From positions 240 to 64,239 of the forward strand of contig CALHVV010000066.1 in NCBI GenBank assembly GCA_938036915.1: a stretch of DNA of 64,000 bases. Reading direction: 5' to 3'. Positions 1-9,733 of this stretch are shown piece after piece; the stretch's first letter is position 1, and every line of letters starts with the position of its first letter. Both the position numbers and the translations under genes were made by a program. The notes beneath the pieces were generated by a model, which made no database searches, was not told the origin of the DNA, and saw nothing but the letters and a program-made list of their open reading frames with translations. This DNA comes from an uncultured Candidatus Saccharibacteria bacterium. GTDB lineage: Bacteria > Patescibacteriota > Saccharimonadia > Saccharimonadales > Saccharimonadaceae.

Positions 1-1
1 G

Positions 2-217
2 CTACTGAGCTGCTTCCCGCTGTATAATATTTCGATTGGCCACCCACCGTTTGATTCGTCGGAGTTGAGCTTGTTTGATATTGTCCAGACGACAGCGATC
101 GTGTTACTCTTCTACATCGTCAACACGCAGCGCCAGCGGATCGACCAAAACGAACGCCGCGTGCGCGACCTCCATCAAGAATTGTCAATTAAACTCTCGG
201 CTCATGACAAAAAATAA
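2..217 (+). CDS. 3' end of a small membrane protein (DUF2304-like, glycosyltransferase-associated); truncated by window edge
   Basis: Frame 2 is open from the edge: ...LFDIVQTTAIVLLFYIVNTQRQRIDQNERRVRDLHQELSIKLSAHDKK* (TM helix then coiled tail). It overlaps the start of the next GT2. Not in ORF track. Confidence 0.6.
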   Translation, partial: LLSCFPLYNISIGHPPFDSSELSLFDIVQTTAIVLLFYIVNTQRQRIDQNERRVRDLHQELSIKLSAHDKK

Positions 218-1019
218 ATCACTCGATATCGTCATCCCCTACTGGGGCGAATTCACTCTCCTTAAAGAGGCGGTTGACTCTGTCTTGGCTCAGACAAGCG
301 ACGATTGGCACCTGACCATTCTTGATGACCACTACCCATCGACCGAAGCACGCGATTATTACACAAAACTCGCCGACCCACGCATCACCTATATCCGACA
401 CAAGAAAAACCTCGGCATTACCAATAACTTCAACTTTGCCGTCCAGCACGTAACGGCACCGCACTGTATGATTATGGGGTGTGATGATCGGCTCTTGCCG
501 GAGTGCGTAGCAGTGGCACTGCAGACAATTGGTGAGGCAGATTTTTATCAGCCAGGAGTGCAAGTGATTAATGATAAGGGGCAGCTATATCTCCCGTTGG
601 TTGACCGTGTTAAGCGATTTTTGCAACCTCATAAATCAGGTATTTACTCGGGCGAAAAACTCGCAACATCTCTGAGTCATGGCGACTGGCTCTACTTCCC
701 ATCGATTGTCTGGAAGACAGCGACGCTCAAGCGGTATTCCTTTGATGCGACGTACACTATACTAGAAGATCTTGTCTTGGTGTTTGATTTTATTCTTGAC
801 GGAGCAGTACTTGCTTTTGATCAGACTGAAACATTCCAATACCGACGCTTTGCCCAGTCGCTCTCAAGCAAAGAAAAGTCAAAGGACGGCGTGCGCTTTG
901 CAGAAGAAAATGCGGTATATAATAGCTATGCTCAGCGCTTCGCATCGGTTGGCTGGCATAAAGCCGCTCGGGCAGCACGGCTCCATATTACATCGCGTAT
1001 TCATCAGTTATTGTCGTAG
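204..1019 (+). CDS. glycosyltransferase family 2
   Basis: LDIVIPYW...VDSVLAQT...ILDD, GCDD DxD-like motif, late ED motif. ATG at 204 is preferred over track start 75. Confidence 0.9.
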   Translation: MTKNKSLDIVIPYWGEFTLLKEAVDSVLAQTSDDWHLTILDDHYPSTEARDYYTKLADPRITYIRHKKNLGITNNFNFAVQHVTAPHCMIMGCDDRLLPECVAVALQTIGEADFYQPGVQVINDKGQLYLPLVDRVKRFLQPHKSGIYSGEKLATSLSHGDWLYFPSIVWKTATLKRYSFDATYTILEDLVLVFDFILDGAVLAFDQTETFQYRRFAQSLSSKEKSKDGVRFAEENAVYNSYAQRFASVGWHKAARAARLHITSRIHQLLS

Positions 1020-1043
1020 TTAATGTAATTTGAATATCCTCTC

Positions 1044-1069
1044 ACCTCTATAAAAATAGAGGTTATTTT
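1044..1069 (+). terminator. intrinsic terminator-like hairpin
   Basis: ACCTCTAT-aaaa-ATAGAGGT followed by TATTTT, just after the GT2 stop. Confidence 0.5.
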
Positions 1070-1352
1070 GTGAGTAAATTAGTATCTCTTTGCTCTTGCA
1101 CTATTGCATAATAAAATTAGAGAATGACATTTATTAGCAGCAATTCGCTTATTATTTTCTCTATTAGCTCATTCCAGTTTCATTATAGATGAGATACTGG
1201 ACGCGAAATCGATTTTCACTTTTATAAAACACTTTTTTATATCGAGAAATTTTAGAATAACGCGCCGTCTTGAGTAATATACATGATAGTAAGAGCATAA
1301 AAAATTGACACTATTCTACATCAAAAAGTATTACCCCTTTGCGGCGCACGAC

Positions 1353-1387
1353 AAAACCGGCTCGATTTCCTCGAGCCGGTTTGTTTT
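1353..1387. terminator. bidirectional intrinsic terminator
   Basis: AAACCGGCTCGA-tttcc-TCGAGCCGGTTT 12-bp stem with A/T flanks, downstream of GT8. Confidence 0.75.
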
Positions 1388-1397
1388 ATTATACACC

Positions 1398-2426
1398 TTA
1401 CCTTACGTTTCCTTCAGTAGTCTCGGTTTTCTCTTTATCGACCTCGGCAAACTTGCGCTCCACTGCCATGATGTATAGCTGCATAAAGATTGGGCGAGGT
1501 AAGACATCATACAGATACCATACCAGTGTTTTCTTGGCGTGTGGGAGCTCGGTGTTTTTCCACGGGGTGAGTGCAAAATACTTTTGCCACAGCAGCCGGT
1601 TCGGATGCTTGTTGCCAACTTCCCACGGTTTGCCCTGAATACCATAGAGCGAGTGAATAATCTTGGGGCTGTAGTAGTTGGTCATGATCTCATCGTAGCT
1701 ATAAAAATATGGCTGCTTGAGGTTGTTAATGCGCAGCAGATCTTGCGGCCGATAAGCATAAAACGCACTGGAGAAATTATAGGCGATATCGAGCGTCTTG
1801 ATCTGCCCGCGGAACATAACATTACAGAGGTCTTGATCGGCAATGACGTAGTCGCTTTTCTTCGACAGATGCTCGACGACTTGGCTCGACACATCATCTT
1901 TGAGCCATTTTTTGTGATTGATGAGCATGATACCACAGTTGTAATAGCCATCGGTAGGCTGGAGTCTAATCGTTGCTTTGTGCTGATTGGTGAGAGTGTC
2001 GTAGGCCAGTGCCATGATATTTTTCTCAAAATCAAGCTCCAGCAAGCCATCAAGGGAGCTGGTAATGATCGTGTGTGGGTTGAGGTAGAGTACGCGATCG
2101 GTCTTGATTTCAAGATCGGCTAGTGCCAACATCTTGAGCCACGTCACATACACGCCATGCCACGGCTTGACGCCTAGCTTCTGCAATTTCTTGTGATATG
2201 CGTTGGGGTTGATGAATGTCAAATAGGCATTGGGGTATTTTTCAACCAACTTCTTGAGACGATCCTTACTTTGCTTACTTAGCTTATACCCACAATAAAA
2301 AATATGAATCTCGTCGAGTGTCTTGTTATTTTCAAGCAGTGATGCGATCGAAATCGCACTGACCACTGCGTAGTTATCGTCACTCTGATACAAGACGTTT
2401 AAGATTTTCTTTTTGATTCTGGGCAT
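1398..2426 (-). CDS. glycosyltransferase family 8
   Basis: DDNYAVVSAISIASLLENN, YYNCGIMLIN, ADQDLCN, IIH...KPW. The usual YLDxD reads YLNPH here. Confidence 0.88.
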   Translation of the reverse strand: MPRIKKKILNVLYQSDDNYAVVSAISIASLLENNKTLDEIHIFYCGYKLSKQSKDRLKKLVEKYPNAYLTFINPNAYHKKLQKLGVKPWHGVYVTWLKMLALADLEIKTDRVLYLNPHTIITSSLDGLLELDFEKNIMALAYDTLTNQHKATIRLQPTDGYYNCGIMLINHKKWLKDDVSSQVVEHLSKKSDYVIADQDLCNVMFRGQIKTLDIAYNFSSAFYAYRPQDLLRINNLKQPYFYSYDEIMTNYYSPKIIHSLYGIQGKPWEVGNKHPNRLLWQKYFALTPWKNTELPHAKKTLVWYLYDVLPRPIFMQLYIMAVERKFAEVDKEKTETTEGNVR

Positions 2427-2442
2427 GGCCTGCCTCTCTCCT

Positions 2443-3300
2443 TTATTCCACCACTGCTATGTTTTTTACGTAGTTTTCCAGTAATGGCTGATAGCTCTCA
2501 CTGATGAATCCTGTGTTGTGCAGCTTCGACAAATTCATATCGCTATACATTGGTCGAGGTGCAAACGGAATCTTGTCTTTACTATACTCTTGTGTTGACA
2601 CTTTTACAACCCTATCGCGATCGTGCCCTGCATATTCGAATACATCCTCGGCAAGCTCTGCCCATGACTTGATCGGTCCGGAGTTAGAGACATGATACAA
2701 ACCATACTCAGCTTTGGTATCTATCAAATGCTTGGTGGCACGCGCAATCTCCGACGCAAAGGTTGGCCGACCATATTGATCATCCACAACCTTGGGATTA
2801 ATGCGCATGTCAGCCAGGCGCTTCATCGTCCGTGGGAAGTTGTGTCCATCACCAATCACCCACGAAACACGTAGCACATAATGACGTGGCGCAAGGCTAA
2901 CTAGTAGATCCCCTGCTGCCTTGACATCACCATAGACCGACAGCGGTGAGAGTGACTCATCCTCACCATGGTTTTTGTTTGTCCCATCAAAGACATAGTC
3001 GGATGAGTAGTGCACCAGTGTAATATCTTGTTCTAGCGCTACTTTGACGAGGTTGCGTGGGCCAACAGCATTAACCTGCCACGCTTTGGTGCGGCCTTCA
3101 CGCGTTTCGGATCCATCGGCATTGACGAACGCCGCCGCGTTGATAATGACATCCACACTCGACCAATCATATCCAAGCACCTGCTCTTCATCAGCAATGT
3201 CGAGCTGCTGATGACCCAGCGCCGTTGCCTTTGGATATACCTCCTGGAGCGCCCGCCCCACTTGGCCATTACAACCCAATATTACAATCCCCTTGCTCAT
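2443..3300 (-). CDS. rmlD: dTDP-4-dehydrorhamnose reductase
   Basis: GCNGQVG, NAAAF, HYSSDYVFDG, YGDVK (YxxxK), VVDDQYGRPT, APRP. Confidence 0.9.
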   Translation of the reverse strand: MSKGIVILGCNGQVGRALQEVYPKATALGHQQLDIADEEQVLGYDWSSVDVIINAAAFVNADGSETREGRTKAWQVNAVGPRNLVKVALEQDITLVHYSSDYVFDGTNKNHGEDESLSPLSVYGDVKAAGDLLVSLAPRHYVLRVSWVIGDGHNFPRTMKRLADMRINPKVVDDQYGRPTFASEIARATKHLIDTKAEYGLYHVSNSGPIKSWAELAEDVFEYAGHDRDRVVKVSTQEYSKDKIPFAPRPMYSDMNLSKLHNTGFISESYQPLLENYVKNIAVVE

Positions 3301-3756
3301 ATACCCTCCTTTGTTTCCGCTATTATAGCACAGTTAGCGTAAGCTTTTTGAAATATCTGAAATCGCATGGTCGATATGGAATAAAAAACGCACTAATAAC
3401 CCATCCTACCACTGTTAAAACTTGTATAGCCTCGCTAAATCTTCCGCTCCCCCTTGGGTATCATTACAATCAATTTTGTCACGTAGTAAACTAAGAGAAT
3501 CTGAATCTCACAGCCTCTCTCGGTACTGGATTTTCTCCCGCACTTACCTTGATGAGCTGTGAAATCAATCGTTATGATCAGTTGTTGGCTCTGACACAAG
3601 GGGGGCCGGTGTCTCGTAGACATCGACCCTTTAGTGATCTATCGGAGGGGACACAGAAAGAGAGCGTGAAGATTTTGCAGTTTAGGTAGAGGCAATGAAG
3701 GTCTGATGATCTCTTGCAAAGAGCTAATAAGCTTTACCTTGCAGCGGCAAACAATA

Positions 3757-4983
3757 CTACGCGGCCATACAGCGCAGCTGCCGGCGGTAGACCACTGAGA
3801 GTAGCGCCGCTTGGATGATGCCTGCCACCATAAAGCACAGCACACTGCCCAGCATCGCATAGTGCTGCACCACGCTATATGACACGACTGTGAGTACGAT
3901 ATTACTCAACAGAAGTATATAGAACTGCCCTTTAAACTCGCGCAGCACGGTGAGGATATTGATATAAATCGACACCAGCGCATTAGCCACCGCTCCCACC
4001 ACCATGATGAGCAGCTCAGTGCGATAATCAGTAATACGCGCATTAAAAATGAGAGTAAGAAGCGGTGCCCCAACCAGCCACGTTGCAATGAGCGTCAGCG
4101 CACTAATCCCTAAGACGATAAGGATAATTTTGCTCACCAGAGCGTGAAACTCAAGGCGCTTCTGCCGGTGATAGAGCTCCGACAGCTGCACGATATTGGG
4201 CTGAATAATGAAGGTGATGAAGAGCGAGAGCAAGGTGATGGGCATAGCCATAATACCAAAATACGCGATCTCGTGTGTGTGGAATGTATCGAGGAAATAG
4301 CGCGGGATATTGAGCGAAAACATCGTCAAAAATGTGGTAAGGAACACTGGTGTGCAGCGCCGCATGATCATACCAACATGACGCAGCTTAGGCATGAGAT
4401 GATCGAAGTGAAGCTGAATGGGTTCATATCGCTGTACCTGTTGCCAATCATACAACACAAGCATGAGAGCATTAACCACCACAATTGCCACCACCCCCCA
4501 CAACACACTATGCACAAGCATATCGACGAGCAAAAATGCCACAAAGCCCCCTACCGCCTTGATCGTAAGCGAATAGCCAACGACGTAGAGTCTGTGGTGA
4601 ATCTGCAGCACACCATAGAGTGCATCGGCTACTGCCTCCAGCGCCTTGAAGAGTACGAGCGCGATGATGATACTCGACTTCACGACATCATAGTGATTTG
4701 CCGCGCAAAACAGCACCGCACCAACCATCATCACGATCGACGTCACGAGTTTGACGGCAAGGTAACTGCTGCTACTAAACTCTTTGCGCACATCCGACAC
4801 CTGATAAGTACGCCCACCCCACAAACCAATCGCCCAAAACACTACCGAGAGCGACAGCGCAAAGGAAAAAATTCCCGAGTCGGCAATGCCATTCAGCCGC
4901 GTAATAAGCAGAAGGAGCGCTGGTGAGATGGCGCTTTGCAAAAAGGAGCCGATAGAGTTCCAGATATAATTTTTAGATTGCAT
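3757..4983 (-). CDS. Wzx-type polysaccharide flippase (MOP family)
   Basis: Multi-TM protein; NYIWN...LLLLITRLNG...GIFSFALS; IPRYFLD...YFGIMAMP; glycan-cluster context. Confidence 0.8.
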   Translation of the reverse strand: MQSKNYIWNSIGSFLQSAISPALLLLITRLNGIADSGIFSFALSLSVVFWAIGLWGGRTYQVSDVRKEFSSSSYLAVKLVTSIVMMVGAVLFCAANHYDVVKSSIIIALVLFKALEAVADALYGVLQIHHRLYVVGYSLTIKAVGGFVAFLLVDMLVHSVLWGVVAIVVVNALMLVLYDWQQVQRYEPIQLHFDHLMPKLRHVGMIMRRCTPVFLTTFLTMFSLNIPRYFLDTFHTHEIAYFGIMAMPITLLSLFITFIIQPNIVQLSELYHRQKRLEFHALVSKIILIVLGISALTLIATWLVGAPLLTLIFNARITDYRTELLIMVVGAVANALVSIYINILTVLREFKGQFYILLLSNIVLTVVSYSVVQHYAMLGSVLCFMVAGIIQAALLSVVYRRQLRCMAA

Positions 4984-5075
4984 AATCTTATTTAGTATAC
5001 CACTGGTTGATTATTTCTCGCGATTTAGACCATAATTTGCTCTGTTGTGATTTGTGCTCTATAATCAGGCGTGTT

Positions 5076-6515
5076 ATGAAGAAATATTGGGCATCATTCG
5101 AATCATTTATTGCACGGCCAGAGCGAGTCTTTCTTTCGCTGTGTTTGTTGTTTGGCTTATTGTCGGCGTTTTTTGTGCCGCAGCTGTCGGTGAGTGATGA
5201 GAATATGCACTATTTGCGGGCATATGCGCTGGCAGATGGTCGCTTAGAATCCAAGCGCTGCACCTACCCAGCGGACGTTAATGGCCGAGCATCATCGGTG
5301 TATCATGGCAATATTAGCGCTGATTATTCGCGCCCTATCAACCGCTCAGAACTCAAGACAACAAGCAAGTGCAACAGTGCTGTGGGCTACGCACCCATTA
5401 TGCATGCGCCGCAAACGCTTGGTATTTTTATTGCTAATCTCTTCAATGGGTCGACGGGCCTGACGATTCTCTTTGGGCGGATTGCCAACTTGCTGTTCTA
5501 TGCGCTCAGTGTATTTTTCATCATCAAGTGGGTGCGCATTGGTAAGTGGGTCTTCGTGGTGGTGGGCTTGCTACCACTGATGATTCATCTCGCTGCCTCG
5601 CTCTCGAGCGACGTCATGACGAACGTGGCGATCTTCCTCATCACCGCCATGACACTCAATCTCTACACCCAAGAGACGCCGATCCGCCGCAAGCAAGTTG
5701 CTGGCCTCTTAGCTATAGCGGCGCTGCTGGCACTGACCAAGGCGGTTAATGGCCTACTGCTCTTCCCGCTACTCTTTTTGCCAAGGCGGATCTTCGTCTC
5801 AAACAGCGAGCTTACAAAATTACCATCACTACTCAAGAAGCTCCCCTTCAACCTGCACAAGTGGGCGCTGATCGCGGGCGCTGGCATTGTGTCGCTGACG
5901 GCACTACTTGTCTGGCAAAAGATCTATGATGGTGCGCTCCTTTCATCTGGTGCAGCCGATAATCCACTGCATCATAATCCACTCGGGTTTATCCGTATCC
6001 TCTTTAATACCTACATCAATCCAAACATTGGCTACACCGATATCGTAGTGCGTGGTAGTGTGGGCGACTTCTCAAGCTTCAAATATCACCTGCCGCTCTT
6101 TGTTTTGATTCCACTCTTTCTACTGGTCTTTCTTGCACTCATCAAGCGCGATAAGACTGAGGAGCAAGCACTAGCACCAGCTGCTGGTCGATTAGCCGCG
6201 GCCAACCTCACTACTGTTGCTGTCTTTATTGCGGCGGTTTCATACGCGATGTACACCGCCTGGGCGCTGCTACCAATTCGCTTTGGTGCTGGTGCATACT
6301 ACGCCGATGGAGTGCAGGGGCGTTACTTTACGGCACTACTCGTGCTCCTCATCCCTTGTGGTGTGTGGCTGCGTAAGTATATTTGGTTCAATACTGCTTC
6401 GGCTAAGGTATTTCATACCCTTATATTCTTTGGCTGCGGGGCAATTTTGCTGTACTATACCTTTGGCACCTATTGGGCTTACCACGCGCCAATACCAGTA
6501 CCACCAGTGGCATAA
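5076..6515 (+). CDS. DUF2142 family multi-TM protein (GT-C-like glycosyltransferase/polymerase)
   Basis: SDENMHYLRAY (DExxH), GRIANLLFY, LLPLMIHLAASLSSD, GVQGRYF; ATG at 5076 follows TATAAT 5060-5065. Confidence 0.8.
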   Translation: MKKYWASFESFIARPERVFLSLCLLFGLLSAFFVPQLSVSDENMHYLRAYALADGRLESKRCTYPADVNGRASSVYHGNISADYSRPINRSELKTTSKCNSAVGYAPIMHAPQTLGIFIANLFNGSTGLTILFGRIANLLFYALSVFFIIKWVRIGKWVFVVVGLLPLMIHLAASLSSDVMTNVAIFLITAMTLNLYTQETPIRRKQVAGLLAIAALLALTKAVNGLLLFPLLFLPRRIFVSNSELTKLPSLLKKLPFNLHKWALIAGAGIVSLTALLVWQKIYDGALLSSGAADNPLHHNPLGFIRILFNTYINPNIGYTDIVVRGSVGDFSSFKYHLPLFVLIPLFLLVFLALIKRDKTEEQALAPAAGRLAAANLTTVAVFIAAVSYAMYTAWALLPIRFGAGAYYADGVQGRYFTALLVLLIPCGVWLRKYIWFNTASAKVFHTLIFFGCGAILLYYTFGTYWAYHAPIPVPPVA

Positions 6516-6822
6516 GAGAAAATATTCTCTGTCTCTCAAAGCTCTTTGTTTTTCTGCTTGTTTAGCTTGCACTTCATCTGCTTAAATCTCAATGCTTTCT
6601 TTTGGCATCAATTCCTCCACTCCATTGTTTCATCTGATTTGTCGTTATCCTAACGAGTTTTAGCACTGGTACTGGGAGATTGAGTCATAGACTCTATCGT
6701 ATCTTGAAGGAGGAATCATACAAAATATATGATTCTATAAAAGTTTTAAAATCCTTCTTTTCACCTTCCCCTTTCATGACGCTTATGCTATAGTGACATG
6801 GAACACTAATAGCACAAGCATT

Positions 6823-7398
6823 ATGAAATTATTACGTACTCTATCCAAAAAACGTCTCACGCTCATCATTAGTATTGGCATTGCGCTCGTCGCCGCTGGT
6901 GGTTATGGTGCCTATATCGCAACGCGCCCTGCCCCGCTGCCACCCCTGTCGGATGAGCCAACACCAACCCAAAAACAAACGCAACACAAGACCGATGCCG
7001 CCACGAAAGAATCATTTCTAGATAGCAATACAAACCACGATACGAATACTACCAAAGACACCTCGCAGCAGCGCACCACCCAGGCTCAGCCCGCGCCAGT
7101 CCCAACCTCAGCGAAGCATATTGAGCTCTCTGCTGAGCAGTCAGGCGAAACGGTCGTTGTGACTACTAAGCTGAGAGAACAAGGTTTTTCCTCTGGTCAG
7201 TGCGTGCTGACGATCACTAGTAGTGGGCAGCGCTCCGAGCAGCACGCTGCCATCATCTACCAACCAGAATACTCCACCTGTGCTGGCTTCTCTGTGCCCG
7301 CCCGATCATTACCCAAAGGTACGTGGCATATCTCTCTCGCTGTCACGCCGCTTGGTGGCAAGGCACTCACGAAGACACTTGATAAGGAAATTCGCTAA
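6823..7398 (+). CDS. membrane-anchored hypothetical protein (TM, Thr/Gln linker, beta-sandwich-like domain)
   Basis: KKR then a hydrophobic helix, low-complexity linker, paired Cys (GQC...STCAGFSVP); abuts the next gene. Confidence 0.7.
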   Translation: MKLLRTLSKKRLTLIISIGIALVAAGGYGAYIATRPAPLPPLSDEPTPTQKQTQHKTDAATKESFLDSNTNHDTNTTKDTSQQRTTQAQPAPVPTSAKHIELSAEQSGETVVVTTKLREQGFSSGQCVLTITSSGQRSEQHAAIIYQPEYSTCAGFSVPARSLPKGTWHISLAVTPLGGKALTKTLDKEIR

Positions 7399-9705
7399 AT
7401 GATGACTCAATCATGTTCCACCGCCCGCCCCTTCTCGACATATTGGCGATATGTCCTTGCTGGTGTTTTGTGTGTAAGTTTATTTGCTGCGACTATCCTC
7501 TCCCACCCAGCCCAAGCAGTGACGGCGGCTGATTGGCGGGCGGGCAATATCGTTGATGATTTACTCTTTACCAATAGTGACGATATGTCGGTAGCAGATA
7601 TTCAGGCGTTTCTCAATAGCCTCAATCCACAGTGCGACACCTATGGTCGGCAGCCTGCTACCGAGCATGGCCGGCGCGATATCAGCCGGGCGCAGTATGC
7701 CGCCGCTCGAGGTTGGCATGGGCCACCATATGTCTGCCTCAAGGACTATTATGAAGTACCTAAATATACACCGGGCAATTACATCCCTGCCAATAATTTT
7801 GGTGGAGCGATCCCGGCTGGAGCAGTCAGTGCCGCGCAGATTATCTATGATGCCGCTAAGCAGAATAATCTTAATCCCAAAGTCCTGCTGGTGAAAATCG
7901 CTACTGAGTCGGCTGGCCCGCTCACCTCTGACACTTGGCCACTTCAAAACCAATACACCTATGCCATGGGTTCGCACTGCCCCGACAGTGGCCCGGGTGG
8001 CAGCGCCAATTGCGATCGCAACTATGCTGGCTTCTCGATGCAAGTTGCCTCAGGAGCACAGCTCATTCGTTGGTATCTGGATAGTATGCAGCAACCGTGG
8101 TGGTCGTACAAAAAACCGTTTGCAACCAATCGTATCCTGTGGAATGTGGTGCAGCGAGGCTGCGGCGCTGGCGATGTGTATATCGAGAGCAAAGCCACAG
8201 CGGCACTCTATACCTACACACCCTACCAGCCCAATCAAGCAGCCCTGGCTAATATGTATGGCCTAGGTGATCATTGCAGCGCCTATGGCAACCGCAACTT
8301 TTGGCGCGTGTGGAACGACTGGTTTGGCTCGACCCAACATAGCCGGCCACTCATCAGCTTCCGCTCGCATAGCAGCTACATCGGCTGGACAGGGGTAATT
8401 CATAACCGCGGCATTACAGGCGTCACTGGTCAAAGCAAGGCAATGCAAGCTCTCACGATCGACGGCGAGGTAACTTATACCTCATACAGCAACGAGCGCG
8501 GTTGGCAGCCTACTGTGCAGGGTAGTATGCAATCGGGTACAACAGGGCTTGGCCGACCAATCACTGCCATCAAGATCCAGCCAACTGGTGCTCTCGCCCA
8601 GGCGTACGACATCTACTATCGCACCCACGTGAGCTACATTGGCTGGATGGGCTGGGCCAAGAATGGTGAAGTGGCTGGTGCAACTGGTGGAGCTAACAAT
8701 GCTATCGAAGCGATCGAAATAAAGCTTGTACGCAAAGGAACGCCTGCGCCTGAGTCATCTGGGGTAGCGTATAAAAATATTGCAACACATGGCGACCCAT
8801 CACCCCTTAGACTCTCACTCAGCTCACATGTCGGTATGGTTGGTTGGCAGCCAGAAGTGCGCGATGAGATGATGAGCGGTACCACTAGCCAAAGCCGCCG
8901 CATCGAAGCCATCAAAGCATCGCTTCACAACACAACGGGCTTGCCAGGCAATATCCAATATTCATCACATGTTAGCTACGTCGGCTGGCAAGATTGGAAA
9001 CAAGCGGGCGACATATCCGGCACCACAGGGCAGTTCCGCTCCATCGAGGCAGTCCGCTTCTTACTCACCGGCAAACTTGCCACTGCATACGATATCTGGT
9101 ACCGAGGTTACTCGCAATACGTCGGCTGGATGGGTTGGGCCAAGAATGGCCAACCAGCTGGTTCGACCGGTGCCTACCGACAGCTCGAAGCACTAGAGGT
9201 GCGCCTTGTGCCGAAGCATACACTCAGCTTGCCTGGCGGTGCCTTTTATAACCCAACCAATACTGCTGTGCCGGATCTCTACCAACTGAGCTACGCTGCT
9301 CATGTAGGCTACATCGGCTGGATGCCCGATGTGTCACACCCTATCATGGCTGGCACCACTGGCAAATCGCGCTACCTCGAGGCAATCCGCCTTGGCAAAG
9401 CCGTATCGCTGCGCGATGGTTCACCTATTACCATCCAGTGCGAAGCAAAAACTGCTGGCCAGTGGCTCCCATCAGTCACTCTCTCACCATCGCAGCCCTG
9501 TGGCACGACTGGCCAGAGCAAAGCACTCGAAGCCCTCAAGCTTAACCTCAGCCCTGCCGACGCCGCTCGCTACGATATTTATTACAACACTCACCTCTCC
9601 TGGGTGGGCTGGCAAGGCTGGAAAAAGAACGGCGAGGTTGCCGGCGACCGACCCGGCTCACAGGTCGAAGCAGTGATGATGAAGCTCGTCGAGAAGAGTG
9701 AGTGA
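7399..9705 (+). CDS. secreted protein with Cys-containing, possibly lysozyme-like N-terminal domain and about nine ChW (clostridial hydrophobic W) repeats
   Basis: Signal peptide ending AQA; repeats HVxxxGWxxW...G.xGTTG.x.xEAI; N-domain has LNPKVLLVKIATES and ATAALYTYTPY. Confidence 0.8.
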   Translation: MMTQSCSTARPFSTYWRYVLAGVLCVSLFAATILSHPAQAVTAADWRAGNIVDDLLFTNSDDMSVADIQAFLNSLNPQCDTYGRQPATEHGRRDISRAQYAAARGWHGPPYVCLKDYYEVPKYTPGNYIPANNFGGAIPAGAVSAAQIIYDAAKQNNLNPKVLLVKIATESAGPLTSDTWPLQNQYTYAMGSHCPDSGPGGSANCDRNYAGFSMQVASGAQLIRWYLDSMQQPWWSYKKPFATNRILWNVVQRGCGAGDVYIESKATAALYTYTPYQPNQAALANMYGLGDHCSAYGNRNFWRVWNDWFGSTQHSRPLISFRSHSSYIGWTGVIHNRGITGVTGQSKAMQALTIDGEVTYTSYSNERGWQPTVQGSMQSGTTGLGRPITAIKIQPTGALAQAYDIYYRTHVSYIGWMGWAKNGEVAGATGGANNAIEAIEIKLVRKGTPAPESSGVAYKNIATHGDPSPLRLSLSSHVGMVGWQPEVRDEMMSGTTSQSRRIEAIKASLHNTTGLPGNIQYSSHVSYVGWQDWKQAGDISGTTGQFRSIEAVRFLLTGKLATAYDIWYRGYSQYVGWMGWAKNGQPAGSTGAYRQLEALEVRLVPKHTLSLPGGAFYNPTNTAVPDLYQLSYAAHVGYIGWMPDVSHPIMAGTTGKSRYLEAIRLGKAVSLRDGSPITIQCEAKTAGQWLPSVTLSPSQPCGTTGQSKALEALKLNLSPADAARYDIYYNTHLSWVGWQGWKKNGEVAGDRPGSQVEAVMMKLVEKSE

Positions 9706-9733
9706 TTGTAAGATTTACTCTAGCAGCTACCAG

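Noticed and set aside
3301..3756. Structured ncRNA between rmlD and wzx
   Set aside because: Only short scattered hairpins; no tmRNA, RNase P, SRP or riboswitch signature recognised. An Rfam search would be needed.
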